Shown here one piece after another: positions 21,064 through 31,900 of a stretch of 64,000 nucleotides of DNA. The position numbers were made by a program, and so were the translations under genes. Below the pieces are notes generated by a model, which saw nothing but the letters and a program-made list of their open reading frames with translations, had not been told where the DNA came from and did no database searches. The stretch is from Planctomycetota bacterium (GTDB lineage Bacteria; Planctomycetota; Planctomycetia; JALXBF01). The stretch covers positions 64,495 through 128,494 of the forward strand of contig JALXBF010000116.1 of the NCBI GenBank assembly GCA_026991575.1, in the 5' to 3' direction. The stretch's first letter is position 1. Every line of letters starts with the position of its first letter.

Positions 21064-22053
21064 TCAACCCGCCTCAGCTTTCTTCAGATAGCTCCGGAGA
21101 AACTCGGCAATGGCCCGGCGCACCTGGGGAGTGCGGAACTCGGGGCCGCCGTGCCGGGCACCTTCGAGCAGCTGCAGCTGGGCGGTCAGACCGAGTTCAC
21201 GGTAGCGCTCGGCAAGCCGAAGGCTCTGACGGACCGGCACGACCGGATCCGCCGAGCCATGGATCATTAGCACAGGCGGGTCGTCACGCGACACATGATA
21301 CACGGGGCTGGCCAGCCGAGCCAGGTCGAGTCGTTCTTGAGGGGGGCCGCCAAGCAACAGGGCAACGGCAGAATCTGCGCGCCGGATCCGATCGCCCGCA
21401 GGTGTGTTCAGCCAGTCCAAGAAATCGGTGGGACCGTAGAAATCAACCACTGCCTGAACCCGGCTGGACTGCTGGAGGTTACCGCCCACGTCGCCCTCCA
21501 GCTCCTGGACTCCGGCCGAGGTGCCCAGTAGAAGGGCAAGGTGTCCGCCGGCGGAGGCTCCTGCGGCGGCGACCCGCTGCGGGTCGAGGTTGTGTTCCCG
21601 TGCGTGGGCACGCAGCCAGCGCACCGCCCCCTTGCAGTCGTGAATCTGGGCCGGGAACTTGGCCTCATGGGACAGGCGGTACTCGATGCTGGCAACCGCG
21701 TAGCCGCGCGGCACGATCCAGCTGATCAGGCCCACGTTTGCTTTCGAGCCGGCGCGCCAGCCGCCGCCATGAATCCAGACAACCACAGGCAGCGGCCGCT
21801 CCGGCGGCTGATCCGGCAAGTACAGGTCAAGCTTCAGCTGGCGGTCGCCAACCTGGGCGTACACGAGGTCGGCAACCCGGCGTGCTCCGGGGGGCAACTG
21901 ACTCTGGCGCTGCACGGCCGCCGCGTGCACAGATGCTGGCAGTTGCGTCCAACCGGGCGCCATCAGCAGGCAGGCGGCGGGCAACATCATCAACAGCAGC
22001 CACACCGGCAACCAACGGCATGCTCGCCTGCTTGCAGAGCCCGCGGGAAACAT
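21064..22053 (-). CDS. Secreted alpha/beta hydrolase (esterase/lipase)
   Basis: IHGGGW, GASAGGHL nucleophile elbow, HGSADPVV, GARHG. Confidence 0.9.
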   Translation of the reverse strand: MFPAGSASRRACRWLPVWLLLMMLPAACLLMAPGWTQLPASVHAAAVQRQSQLPPGARRVADLVYAQVGDRQLKLDLYLPDQPPERPLPVVVWIHGGGWRAGSKANVGLISWIVPRGYAVASIEYRLSHEAKFPAQIHDCKGAVRWLRAHAREHNLDPQRVAAAGASAGGHLALLLGTSAGVQELEGDVGGNLQQSSRVQAVVDFYGPTDFLDWLNTPAGDRIRRADSAVALLLGGPPQERLDLARLASPVYHVSRDDPPVLMIHGSADPVVPVRQSLRLAERYRELGLTAQLQLLEGARHGGPEFRTPQVRRAIAEFLRSYLKKAEAG

Positions 22054-22101
22054 CGGCGTGCCTCACTAAGCGGGGGAGGGTCGTGCTCAACAGGTAGGCC
22101 A

Positions 22102-23910
22102 TCAATAGTTTACCGTTTTCGCGGCGGGCAGTCCGAATGCCGTCCTCAGCCGTCGCTCTGCTTCGGCCGCCTGGGCTTCAGCAATCGCGATGCTTATGTG
22201 CACTTCGCTCGTATTGATCAGCGAAACCCGAATGCCAGCATCATGGAACGCCTCAAACATCCGTGCTGCCACCCCTGTGTGCGACCGCATCCCAACGCCC
22301 TCGAGGGTCAGCTTCGCGATGTCGGGCGCCAGACGGAGCGATCCGCCAAGCTCCTGAAGCAGCGGTGTCAGGGCAGCCTCCACCCGATGCAGGTCAGGTC
22401 TGGGCACTGTGAACGACAGGTGCGTGGTTCCCTCTCGCGAGACGTTTTGCACGATCATGTCCACAATGGACCCGGTCTCGGCAATGCGTGAGAAGATGCG
22501 GGCCGCGATGCCGGGTTGGTCGGGGATGTCGAACAGGGTAACCGCCCCCTGGGTTCGGTCCACGACGATGTCACTGACAACGATCGCTTCCATCCCCGGC
22601 AACTGCTGCACGATGCTTGCCAGCGATTCCTGCCGATCCGCTCGCACCGGCTCCGTTGGGCGTTGACGAGGAGGCTGGCCGTCGTCGGTGTCACGCTTAA
22701 GACCGAGGTCGAATGCTCGGTGCACGGCGCGCAGCGCCTCAACTGCCCGATGCCGGTCGATCAGGACTGAGATCTTGATCTCGCTGGTGGTGATCATCTT
22801 GATGTTGATTCCTTCGGCGGCCAGGGCAGCGAACATCCGTTCTGCCACGCCGCTGTGCGTGCGCATGCCGGCCCCAACGATGGAAACCTTGGCAACGTCT
22901 TCCTCCGAGTGAACTTCCGTTGCCCCCACCTCCCGGGCGATCTCGCGCAGGAGCGCCAGGGCTGACTTCAGATCGGAGCGCGACACGGTGAACGACACCT
23001 GGTTGCGCCCTTCGCGCGAAACGTTCTGAACAATCATGTCCGTGACGATGTTCTGTTCGGCAATGCGTGCGAAGAGCTGGTGCACGATCGCCGGATCGTC
23101 CGGAATACCCTCCACGGTCACGCGCGCCTCGTCGCGAACCAGCGCAGCACCGCGCACGACTTGCTGCTCGAGCTCCGGCGAGTGGGCAACGATCCAGGTG
23201 CCCTCCGCGTCGGTGAACGAGCTGCGCACGTGAATCGGAACGTTGTACTTCTTGGCAAGTTCGATCGAGCGGCTGTGCATCACGCCGGCGCCCACGGAGG
23301 CCAGTTCGAGCATCTCGTCGTAGCTGATCCGAGCGATCTTTTGCGCCTCGGCAACCAGTCGCGGATCGGTCGTGTACACCCCGTCGACGTCGGTGTAGAT
23401 CTCGCAGAGATCCGCATCGAGGGCTGCGGCCAGCGCCACCGCAGTCGTGTCCGAACCACCTCGGCCAAGCGTCGTGATGTTGTCCGCTTCATCGACCCCC
23501 TGGAACCCGGCCACGATCACAATGTAGCCGTCTCGAAGCAGACGCTGGATGCGTTCGGTAGAGATGGTGCGGATGCGCGCCTTGGTGTGGAAGCGGTCGG
23601 TGAGGATGCCGACCTGGGCGCCGGTCAGGCTGATGGCAGGCCAGCCCAAACTCTGGACAGCCATCGCCATCAGCGCAATGGAGATCTGCTCGCCCGTGCT
23701 CAACAACATGTCCATCTCGCGAGCCGGTGGATCCTCGGTGATCTCGCGCGCCAGCGCGATCAGCTCATCGGTCGTATCCCCCCGAGCCGAGACCACCATG
23801 ACCACCTGGTGGCCCGCCTGCCGGGCGCGGATCGCCCGCCGCGCGGCCGCCATGATTCGCTCGCTAGTCGCAACACTGGTCCCACCAAACTTCTGCACCA
23901 CTAACGCCAC
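22102..23910 (-). CDS. lysC: Aspartate kinase with multiple ACT domains
   Basis: VQKFGGTSV, VVSARGDTTD, TTLGRGGSDTTAV, YTDVDGVYTTDPR, two tandem pairs of ACT domains. Confidence 0.95.
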   Translation of the reverse strand: MALVVQKFGGTSVATSERIMAAARRAIRARQAGHQVVMVVSARGDTTDELIALAREITEDPPAREMDMLLSTGEQISIALMAMAVQSLGWPAISLTGAQVGILTDRFHTKARIRTISTERIQRLLRDGYIVIVAGFQGVDEADNITTLGRGGSDTTAVALAAALDADLCEIYTDVDGVYTTDPRLVAEAQKIARISYDEMLELASVGAGVMHSRSIELAKKYNVPIHVRSSFTDAEGTWIVAHSPELEQQVVRGAALVRDEARVTVEGIPDDPAIVHQLFARIAEQNIVTDMIVQNVSREGRNQVSFTVSRSDLKSALALLREIAREVGATEVHSEEDVAKVSIVGAGMRTHSGVAERMFAALAAEGINIKMITTSEIKISVLIDRHRAVEALRAVHRAFDLGLKRDTDDGQPPRQRPTEPVRADRQESLASIVQQLPGMEAIVVSDIVVDRTQGAVTLFDIPDQPGIAARIFSRIAETGSIVDMIVQNVSREGTTHLSFTVPRPDLHRVEAALTPLLQELGGSLRLAPDIAKLTLEGVGMRSHTGVAARMFEAFHDAGIRVSLINTSEVHISIAIAEAQAAEAERRLRTAFGLPAAKTVNY

Positions 23911-24099
23911 GATCCAGACCTCCCGGCATACGGACGCTGGCCGCCGGCCCTGCGCTCAGCAGCCGCACCACATGCATAATAGGAATCCAGGGTGAGCTCT
24001 CCGGCAGAGCGGTCGGTCGGTTGTCACGCGGGCCGGTCGGCGACAACATAGTACCTGTAGGGGTATCGGTAACCCGCCCTCAGTTGTCGGCGGCCCTAC

Positions 24100-24128
24100 T
24101 TGACATGGGCCGCAAAGCACCGTATACT
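24100..24128 (+). promoter_or_regulatory. Near-consensus sigma70 promoter
   Basis: TTGACA (24100-24105), 17-nt spacer, TATACT (24123-24128). Confidence 0.8.
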
Positions 24129-24134
24129 CCAGCC

Positions 24135-24290
24135 AACCTCTCCAGGGGACGGGCCGAAGGCTGCAGCACAGGGTCCGGCCTCCAGTCAGGCAGGCCCTTC
24201 GCTGCAACGAGCTAGTTTGTTCGCTACGATCAACCCCGGCCGGGTCGGGAAAGACGCTGCTGCAGCACCAACCGAAGCGTCTTTTCGCTA
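24135..24290 (+). ncRNA. Candidate structured 5' leader or small RNA (unassigned)
   Basis: Begins just after the promoter. Long imperfect hairpin 24162-24206 and a stem AAAGACGCT/AGCGTCTTT (24250-24284). No known family recognised. Confidence 0.35.
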
Positions 24291-24438
24291 GCGCGGCGCA
24301 GCGGGCAACATGCGTTGTTATCCTGTTTCGTACGGCTTCGGTTGTCAGTGACGCTGCGCTCGGGTCGGTCGCTGCTGGCCACGGCAAGACGGTGTTCGGT
24401 TGTTTGTTGTTTCGGGACCGTACTTCTGGGAGGACGCT

Positions 24439-25512
24439 ATGCGAAGGCGTGGCTTTACGCTTATCGAGCTCCTCGTTGTCATAGCCATCATCGCGGTACT
24501 CATTGCGCTGTTGTTGCCGGCAGTGCAAATGGCACGCGAAGCAGCCCGGCGGGCCCAGTGCCAGAACAACCTCAAACAGATCGGCCTCGCGCTGCACAAC
24601 TACCACCAAGCCCACGGCTACTTCCCGCCCGAAGGCATCTTCCTGACACACACATGGGGCGACAGGGACGGCCGTCCCGACGAGTCGCAGCACTGGTCGA
24701 TGAAGGTCTACCTGCTGCCGTACCTGGATCGAGCCGACATTTACAATGCAGCCAACCTCACTCTACAGCCGCAAGGCTATCCTCGTAGAGCCTCCACCTG
24801 GCGCACCGACGCTAACAAGACCCTGCGAGCCGCCAAGCTCGAGGTCTACCTCTGCCCGTCCGACGCCCACCCGCTGCCCAGCACCCCCGAGATGACCGCT
24901 CAGAATTACGCCGCCAACGTCGGCACCTCGTCCGTCTACCAGGGCTGGGCGCAGAACGGTATCACCTACGTTCCCTGCTGGACGCCAAGGATCGCCCAGC
25001 CAATCGGCATCCGGGCAATTATCGACGGCACCTCCTTCACGGCGGCCTTCTCCGAGTGGGTGCGTGGCCCGATGCGCGGGGCCGGCGGCGTCCCGAGAGC
25101 GGTCGGCGAGCAAGATCAGACCGCCTGGATCTGGCGTGGTACCGTCTTCCAGTACCCCGGCTGGTGGCGTCGCCCTGGCCTGGAAGGCGATCGCTGGTTC
25201 GAGAAAATGTGTGAACAGTCCACCCGACTGCAGAGCGGCTTCAAGGGCGTGATGTGGTGGATCGGCGCGACCGGGATGGGTGCCGGCATCGGCTTCTCCA
25301 TCCGACCCAACCGCAAGACCTGCGGTCCGTACTACGTGCTGAGCTCCATCACGCCGCGTGCCCCGAGCAGCATGCACCCCGGCGGCGTCAACATCCTCTT
25401 CGCCGACGGCCGCGTGCGATTCATCAGCGAGGACATCGATCAGGAGATCTGGTTCGCCATCGGGACACGCAACGGTCAGGAGAACATCAGCGAAAAGGAC
25501 CTGACCTTCTAG
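24439..25512 (+). CDS. DUF1559 prepilin-type N-terminal methylation domain protein
   Basis: [69 protein letters not shown] (H-X9-DG). RBS GGAGG. Confidence 0.96.
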   Translation: MRRRGFTLIELLVVIAIIAVLIALLLPAVQMAREAARRAQCQNNLKQIGLALHNYHQAHGYFPPEGIFLTHTWGDRDGRPDESQHWSMKVYLLPYLDRADIYNAANLTLQPQGYPRRASTWRTDANKTLRAAKLEVYLCPSDAHPLPSTPEMTAQNYAANVGTSSVYQGWAQNGITYVPCWTPRIAQPIGIRAIIDGTSFTAAFSEWVRGPMRGAGGVPRAVGEQDQTAWIWRGTVFQYPGWWRRPGLEGDRWFEKMCEQSTRLQSGFKGVMWWIGATGMGAGIGFSIRPNRKTCGPYYVLSSITPRAPSSMHPGGVNILFADGRVRFISEDIDQEIWFAIGTRNGQENISEKDLTF

Positions 25513-25562
25513 CCCACCACCAAGCCTGAGACGGTTCTTTGCCAGAAGAGAAGAAAACGCAT

Positions 25563-25589
25563 CCCCGTGGGCCGTGACGGCCCACGGGG
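25563..25589. other. Perfect 12-bp GC hairpin between the DUF1559 and lipoprotein genes
   Basis: CCCCGTGGGCCG-TGA-CGGCCCACGGGG. Confidence 0.6.
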
Positions 25590-25620
25590 TTCTGTGGGGA
25601 GTCTCACCCCGGGAGGAACC

Positions 25621-25896
25621 ATGAAGCGCTTCGCATCGCTCGGGGCTCTGCTCGTAGCGCTAACCGTCTTCGGCTGTAGCAGCGAATTGCCAACCTCGGA
25701 TCTGTCGCCCGAAGAAGAGATGAAGCTCATGGAGCAGGAAATGTCTGAGGGCGGGCAGGATCTGGCCGAGCACATGAAGAAAGCCGCCGGCATGCAGGGC
25801 ATGCCCGAGGACGTGCAGAAAGCTATGGGCAACCTGGGCATGGGCGGCAGTGACATGGAAGCGGAACTGGAGCGCGGCGGCGCCGAGGGCCCGTAA
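25621..25896 (+). CDS. Small acidic Met/Gly-rich lipoprotein
   Basis: GGAGG RBS and lipobox-like MKRFASLGALLVALTVFGC. Occupies the usual position downstream of DUF1559 genes. Confidence 0.8.
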   Translation: MKRFASLGALLVALTVFGCSSELPTSDLSPEEEMKLMEQEMSEGGQDLAEHMKKAAGMQGMPEDVQKAMGNLGMGGSDMEAELERGGAEGP

Positions 25897-26023
25897 GCTC
25901 AGTCGCCCCCAACGGCAGTCGTTTCCGCTACGACCTGCAGCGAGCCCTCCATCGCCGAATGGATGGGCTGTGAGGCTTTGTAGGCAACAATCCACAGATG
26001 CCCAACGGCAATTGCGTGGGCGC

Positions 26024-26058
26024 AAAGAAGCGGTGGGCTGGTCTGCCCACCGCTTTTT
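26024..26058. terminator. Probable bidirectional intrinsic terminator
   Basis: AAGCGGTGGGC-TGGTCT-GCCCACCGCTT followed by TTT and preceded by an A-rich tract, between convergent genes. Confidence 0.8.
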
Positions 26059-26083
26059 CGTTCGCTCAGTGGCTTGCCCCTGC

Positions 26084-28168
26084 CTACCGGCGCTCCTCCA
26101 ACACCTGCAGCGCCTTGCGATAATCCAGCTCTGCAGGCGGCAGCTCCTTGCGACCCTTCACCACGAAGTGCTCCAACCATCGCATGGCGCGTAGCACGTA
26201 ATCGAACCGAGACGCCGCCCGCCGGTTTCCATGGCCCTCACCCGGGTAGAACACCAGCCGCACCGGCACGCGGCCAAGCGTCTTCAGGTGCCGGTACAGC
26301 TCCAAGGACTGGCTCGGGTGCACGCGTGGATCATTCTTGCCATGCAGGATGAGCAACGGCGTACGCGCACGCTGAACGTGGTAGATCGGGCTCCGCTCTA
26401 AGAACAACTGCCACGCTTCCCAAAGCCGGTGCCGGTCATGCACCAGATAGATCTCGTCGGGGATGTCCGTCGTGCCTGCTTTGGAGATCTTGTCGCTGAT
26501 CCCGACAAACATCACTCCGGCGGCAAACCGATCGGAGTAGTACGTAGCGCACCAGGCCGTGGCATAGCCCCCGTAGCTACCCCCGGTCACCGCCACCTTC
26601 GTCCGATCTACCAAGCCCGTTTCCACCAGGTAGTCGACGCAGTCCACCAGGTCGTCGAATTCCTTTCCCGCCGGATCCCCGTGGTCCAGCATCGAGAACT
26701 CGACGCCCCGCCCGGTGCTGCCACGGTAGTTCGGATAGACCACCGCAAAGCCACGGCCCGCTGCAATCTGTCCCGGATAGGCATAGCGTGTTACCCAGCC
26801 GTTCGGAACGTGCGACTCGGGCCCTCCGTGGACCATCACCACCAGCGGATAACGGCGATCGCTCCGCCAGCCCACCGGGCGAATTAGGATTGCCTCGATC
26901 TCCAATCCGTCGCGAGCGTGGTAGCGAATCACCTCCTGACGTCCCAGTTGGATGTCTGCCAACCACGGGTTTACGTTCGTGACGCGCACCGGCTTCGGCT
27001 CGCCCGCTGCCCAGATGTACAGCTCCCGCGGATGTCGGGGTGTCTCGCCGCGTAGCACCGTCAGCCGCCCATGATCGGCGACGGCCAGTTGCGTGAACAC
27101 CGGGCCACCGGGACCGATTAGCACCTCACGCCGGCCACCGTCGAGCGAGATCCGGCTGATCGTCGTCCACACCCCCTCGGCCGCCAGCACCCGCAGTGTC
27201 CGCCTGTCCTCCCAGGCCACGTCCGTGACGTGGCCGTCGAATTCGCCGATGAGCACGCGATACTTTCCGGACTGTGGATCGGCGACCATCAGCCGCCCTT
27301 CTGCTGGATCGTGCACGTGCGCCGCCGAGACAAACGCAAGCCATCGACCATCGGGACTCCAGGCCATATGCCCCAGCTTGCCCGGATTGTTCACTTTCGC
27401 CAAGACTTCGCCCGTGTCAGCGTGCACAAAGTGGATCCGTCGCCGCATGTAGTGGTCGTCGATAAGCGGTGTCGGAGCCAGGCAAACGGCCAGGACTGGT
27501 CCGACCGGGCTCCACAGCAGTGTCGATGCAGAGCCGGGCAGATCTAGCTTTCGGACAGCCACCGGCTGCCAGTTCTCCAGCTCCGCCACCCAGACACGCA
27601 CGAACGGCCGGTCCTCCTCATAGATCTCCTGGTTGAAGCCCTGCTTGCGCAATGCTGCAACCGACGGTGGCGTCGGCTCCGTTGCCGTGAAAGCCACCTG
27701 GCGGCCGTCTGGCGACCAGCTATAGCCGGTGATCGCCGTCGTGTGCTGTAGCACCCGTATCGCCTCACCGCCGCTGACCGAGATCACGTACAGCGAAGTA
27801 TGCTGGTCACCAGCCCGCTTGCTCAGAAACGAGATGTGCCGGCTGTCAGGCGTCCAGGCCACCGCACTGACGTTAACCGCCCCGGTCACAAACGGAATGC
27901 TCCGTCTGGCGACCACGTCGTAAACGTGCAACTCGGTCCAGGCGGGACCGTCCGGATCGCGCAGGGGACGCCGCGGCACGGACACCACGTAGGCCACAAA
28001 GCGTCCATCGGGCGACGGGGAGACGCTTACCACGGCACGGAGCCGGGTGAGATCGGCCGGGGCGAGCGGACGACGAGTTTTTTCGGCGGACGGCGTCGTC
28101 TGTACCGGCAGAACCACCACGACGACGCACACGGCAACGGCAGTCAGTCGTAGCGCGGTGCGCAACAT
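26084..28168 (-). CDS. Secreted S9 family peptidase (dipeptidyl aminopeptidase/acylaminoacyl peptidase)
   Basis: Signal peptide, SPDG/WSPDG propeller repeats, VHGGPE, NYRGSTG, GGSYGG, HGKNDPRV, EGHG. Confidence 0.93.
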   Translation of the reverse strand: MLRTALRLTAVAVCVVVVVLPVQTTPSAEKTRRPLAPADLTRLRAVVSVSPSPDGRFVAYVVSVPRRPLRDPDGPAWTELHVYDVVARRSIPFVTGAVNVSAVAWTPDSRHISFLSKRAGDQHTSLYVISVSGGEAIRVLQHTTAITGYSWSPDGRQVAFTATEPTPPSVAALRKQGFNQEIYEEDRPFVRVWVAELENWQPVAVRKLDLPGSASTLLWSPVGPVLAVCLAPTPLIDDHYMRRRIHFVHADTGEVLAKVNNPGKLGHMAWSPDGRWLAFVSAAHVHDPAEGRLMVADPQSGKYRVLIGEFDGHVTDVAWEDRRTLRVLAAEGVWTTISRISLDGGRREVLIGPGGPVFTQLAVADHGRLTVLRGETPRHPRELYIWAAGEPKPVRVTNVNPWLADIQLGRQEVIRYHARDGLEIEAILIRPVGWRSDRRYPLVVMVHGGPESHVPNGWVTRYAYPGQIAAGRGFAVVYPNYRGSTGRGVEFSMLDHGDPAGKEFDDLVDCVDYLVETGLVDRTKVAVTGGSYGGYATAWCATYYSDRFAAGVMFVGISDKISKAGTTDIPDEIYLVHDRHRLWEAWQLFLERSPIYHVQRARTPLLILHGKNDPRVHPSQSLELYRHLKTLGRVPVRLVFYPGEGHGNRRAASRFDYVLRAMRWLEHFVVKGRKELPPAELDYRKALQVLEERR

Positions 28169-28946
28169 GGGGACCTCTCCGCTTGCGTTACCATCGGAAG
28201 CGGCGCGAAGGCAGGTACCAACGTAGAACGGTAGCCGGCTCACGTAGGTATGCAACCAAGCATAGCACGCACCGGCTGATCCGTGAAACGCCGCTCACCA
28301 CGACGCGTGCGTTCTAGCTCGTGCGCCCACTCTGGTGACAGGTCGCCCGCCGCAGGTGGTGGCGAGACGGCGGCGGAGAACCTCGCCGTGCACTACAGCA
28401 TTTCGCCGACCGGGCGGCTAATCGAGGGAGCCGGCTGCTTCAGCGGGCAGGTGGGGGGTGCACGCCCAGCACCTGCGAGGCTGACCGAATAGCGGTTGAA
28501 GAGCGCGGCGGATCGAAAGGCCTTGTCTTGAGCCGTGCTGCGGCCGGGCTTGCCCATGGCATGGCGCGGACCACGGTCCTGCGGCCGCGGCACGCACGCG
28601 GCGGCAGGACAAGGAAGAAGACTCAGGCAGATAGCGGGGGCGCTGTGCAACTAACGTGCGGCCGGCGGGCACGAGACCTCCCGGCCGGTTTGAAGTAGGT
28701 CGCCCGTTCGGTTCGTTTCCACTTCGCCGGTCGCCAACACCACGCCGGGCAATGCCCAGGCCGATGACACGACGCGAAACCGAAGCAGCGGCCCGGCTGC
28801 CCGCGGCTCTCCGCACAAGCGGAAACGCAGCCCACCACAACGAATCTTCCCCCGTCAGCCCTCCGGTTCGTCTGGCCAGCGGTCTTCAAACTGTTCTGCG
28901 CTACGCGGGATCGGACCGCGTCTGTGAAGGACCGGTCCCAGCCGGC

Positions 28947-31900
28947 TTAACCGCCGCGCCGCTGGCCAATCGAATGGAGTTCCTCCAGCACGCCCCTCAA
29001 CAACTCGGTCGGATCAGCCCTGCCCTCCTCCACTGCTGCCATGCGGGCTTCAAGCTGACGGGTTCGCGCCTCGGAAACAAACCGCTCAAAGTGCCCGGCA
29101 AGGTACGCGTAGATCTGCCGCCCGAGCTTGGTGGCGATCAAGCGGTTCGAGCGCTCGATCACGTAGCCCCGCTCCTTCAGCTTGCCCAGGATCACAGCGT
29201 ACGTGCTCGGGCGGCCAATCCCGCGTTCTTTCATGAGCCGCACCGCCTCGCCTTCTGTAAGTAGCGGCTTCCTGGGCAGTTTCTTCACGGACAGCTGGCG
29301 CCGATGCCTTCCCTCGGGCAGTGCCGGCAGTACCGGAAAAGCCGGTCGATAGAGCTCTGCCGCCACGCCGCGCACCTCAATCAGGCGGCACTCCTCGATC
29401 GTCTTGTCGTTCACGCAGATTCGATAGCGAGCCTGGAGCCCCTCCGCCGGGGGGCTCTGCGACGCCAGAAAGCGACGCACGATCCAGTCGTATAGCGCGT
29501 AATGCAGGCGCGTGAGCCCCTCGCATTGCAGGATTCCCTCCACAACCAACCGCTGAACTTCGTTGGCCCGCAGTGGCCGGGTGGGTCGGATCGCCTCGTG
29601 AGTCCCCTGCTCGCCCCAGGCACGGGGTACGCACCGGTCAGCCAGCATGGCCCGGGCTATCGCCCAGCCGGCGGCGCTGACGTGCGTGGAGTCGGTGCGG
29701 TGGTAAGTGATCAGGCCGCACTCGAAGAGCCGCTGAGCGAGCTGCATTGTCTGCGAGGTGTTCAACTTGAGGTAGCGCGCCGCGTCGTAAAGAAGCGTGT
29801 CCGTTGAGTAAGGCGGCGGTGGCGTCAGCGTGACCTGGCACCGTTCCAACTCGCTGACTTCGATCCACACCTCAGGCTCACTCACCTGCTCAAATTCGAG
29901 TCGCCACTCTGCATCGATCGCAACCGCACGCCTCTGACGTGCCTCTTCGGTCCGGTGCACGATCCAGCCGAGCACTGCTGTCTGTGCTCGGCCGGCCGAC
30001 AGCCAGTGCTTGCCGAAGACCTCCCACAGATGCTTACTCAGCTCGAACCCGATCCAGCGGTCCTCGACCCGGCGCACCAGCTGAGCGTGCACGCGGGCAA
30101 TTGCCACAGGACGCGTCTCCCGAAGGGCCTGCTGAACCGCCGGTCGCGTCACCTCGTGAAACTCCGCCCGGGCCCGTCGCGGTGCGAGCGTTGCGACCAG
30201 ATTATCCAGATCCCAGGCAATCCGCTCCCCCTCAGCATCCGGGTCCGTGCCCAGGAAGACCCGCTCTGCGTCCGACGCAAGCGTCCGCAGCGCTGCAATC
30301 CGGCTGGCTGCGTCGTCGATGTCGTCTGCCCCGCACCGAGGGCACTGCTGAATCGGTGCATCGGTTGACTGGTAGCCACACGATCGGCACCGGCGAATTG
30401 GAGCCAGCACCGGCCGGACAGTCCCGTTGACATGCACCCCGTGTAGTCCCTCGTCCGTGACGAGATCCGCCACGTGTCCCAGCGACGCAACGACGGTCAG
30501 CAACCACTCGCCGGTTGCCACCTCGTATGCCCGCAAGTTGCCGTTGGGGGCAAGGACGCGCACGGCCGGGCGGCCAAAGAACCGGGCGATCTGGCGCGCT
30601 TTCGTGGGGCTTTCCACGATCATGAGCGCAGGGCGAAGCGGATCCGACCGCTCATCGGATGCCGCACCAGCAGCCGCTTTGCGTTGGCGGTCCTCGGTGA
30701 GCTCGCGTGCGATCTGCCGAAGGTCCAGCTCGTTCAGCGGTTCAAAGCGGATGTCAAACAGTGCTGCTCGCCGCTGCAGCGCGGCCCGCACGGCGGGATC
30801 CGGCTCGAAAACCACCGACAGCCCCCTGGTCAAGCCGGCCGGGGTCAGACGGGAACATCGCCCTGACGCCTGGATGTACGTGCGCACATCGGGAATGACG
30901 AGCTCCCCCGGCCGCACCACGATGTCTGAGGCCGATGGTTGATAGCCCGATTCGAGGACTTTCGTCAGTGCCTTGGCTAACTCGCTCCGGAGTTGCTCGT
31001 CCCGCAGTGCCGCGGGGCGACGCAGCGCGCGTCGAAACGGTTGTAGTTGTGGGTGTTCGCGAAACAGGATGGCCAGCATTCTCAGCACACGCGGACTCGC
31101 ACCGTCGAGTTCCCCGACCGCAATGCGCCAGACCGGTGCGCCGCAGAAGATGGTCCACCGGATGCGCAGCGGCAGATCGATCCCTCGGACCAGCCGCCCG
31201 TAGTAGCTGGCGACGCCAAGCAGCACGGCCAGCTCCCCCCGCTCGAACCGTTCCAGTGCCCCCCGATCGTCAGCCACCTCCACCGGAATCCATCGGCGAA
31301 GGGCTTCGGCCAAGCGGACCGCCTGATCGATCCGTCGACAAAACAACAGGCCACCATCCCCCAGGGTAGCCACGACAGAATAGATCCGTTCCGGCTCCGG
31401 CACCTCGGGGGAGAGAGCGTCGATGATGTTTCGCGCCGTGTAAGCAGCGCTACCGACATCGAGTCCGAGGCGTTCGCGCAGCAGCAGTGCCCCCCGACCC
31501 ACGCGAGCGGTTGCGGTGGATGCGATCAGCACACCACGGCGCCGGCGGTGGCAGTCATCGTAGCCGAGCAGCGTCAGGATCCGCTCCGTGTTGCGGGAGC
31601 TCTTCAGGATGGCATCCACGTCGTCGGCGAACAGTAGTTCAAAGCGCTGGCCCGCCAGGTCGTCCCAGTGTGCGCTCAGGAAGCGAGCGGTCGTCAGGAC
31701 CAGCCGCGGTTTCCCCGAGCGGATTGCCGCAATGGCCGCCTGCTTATCTCGTTCTGCCAGGTCCGCGTGGTACGCAGCGATGCTCAGCCCTCGGCCAGCG
31801 CTATCGTTGACGCGCAGCCGCAGTTGAAGCTGATCAGCCCAGGCAAGGATGCGTTCCGTGACTGTTGCCACCAGCAGGCTGCTCGGAAGCAGGACATACG

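Noticed and set aside
23911-24130. Lysine or c-di-GMP riboswitch upstream of lysC
   Set aside because: Fragments such as GGCCGCAAAGC and GGGTTACCGA lie on opposite strands and the other conserved elements are missing. No lysine riboswitch consensus seen.
24135-24290. 6S RNA or SRP RNA identity for the structured segment
   Set aside because: Lacks the SRP GGAAGGAAGCAGC-type core, and the internal bubble is too asymmetric to call 6S by eye.
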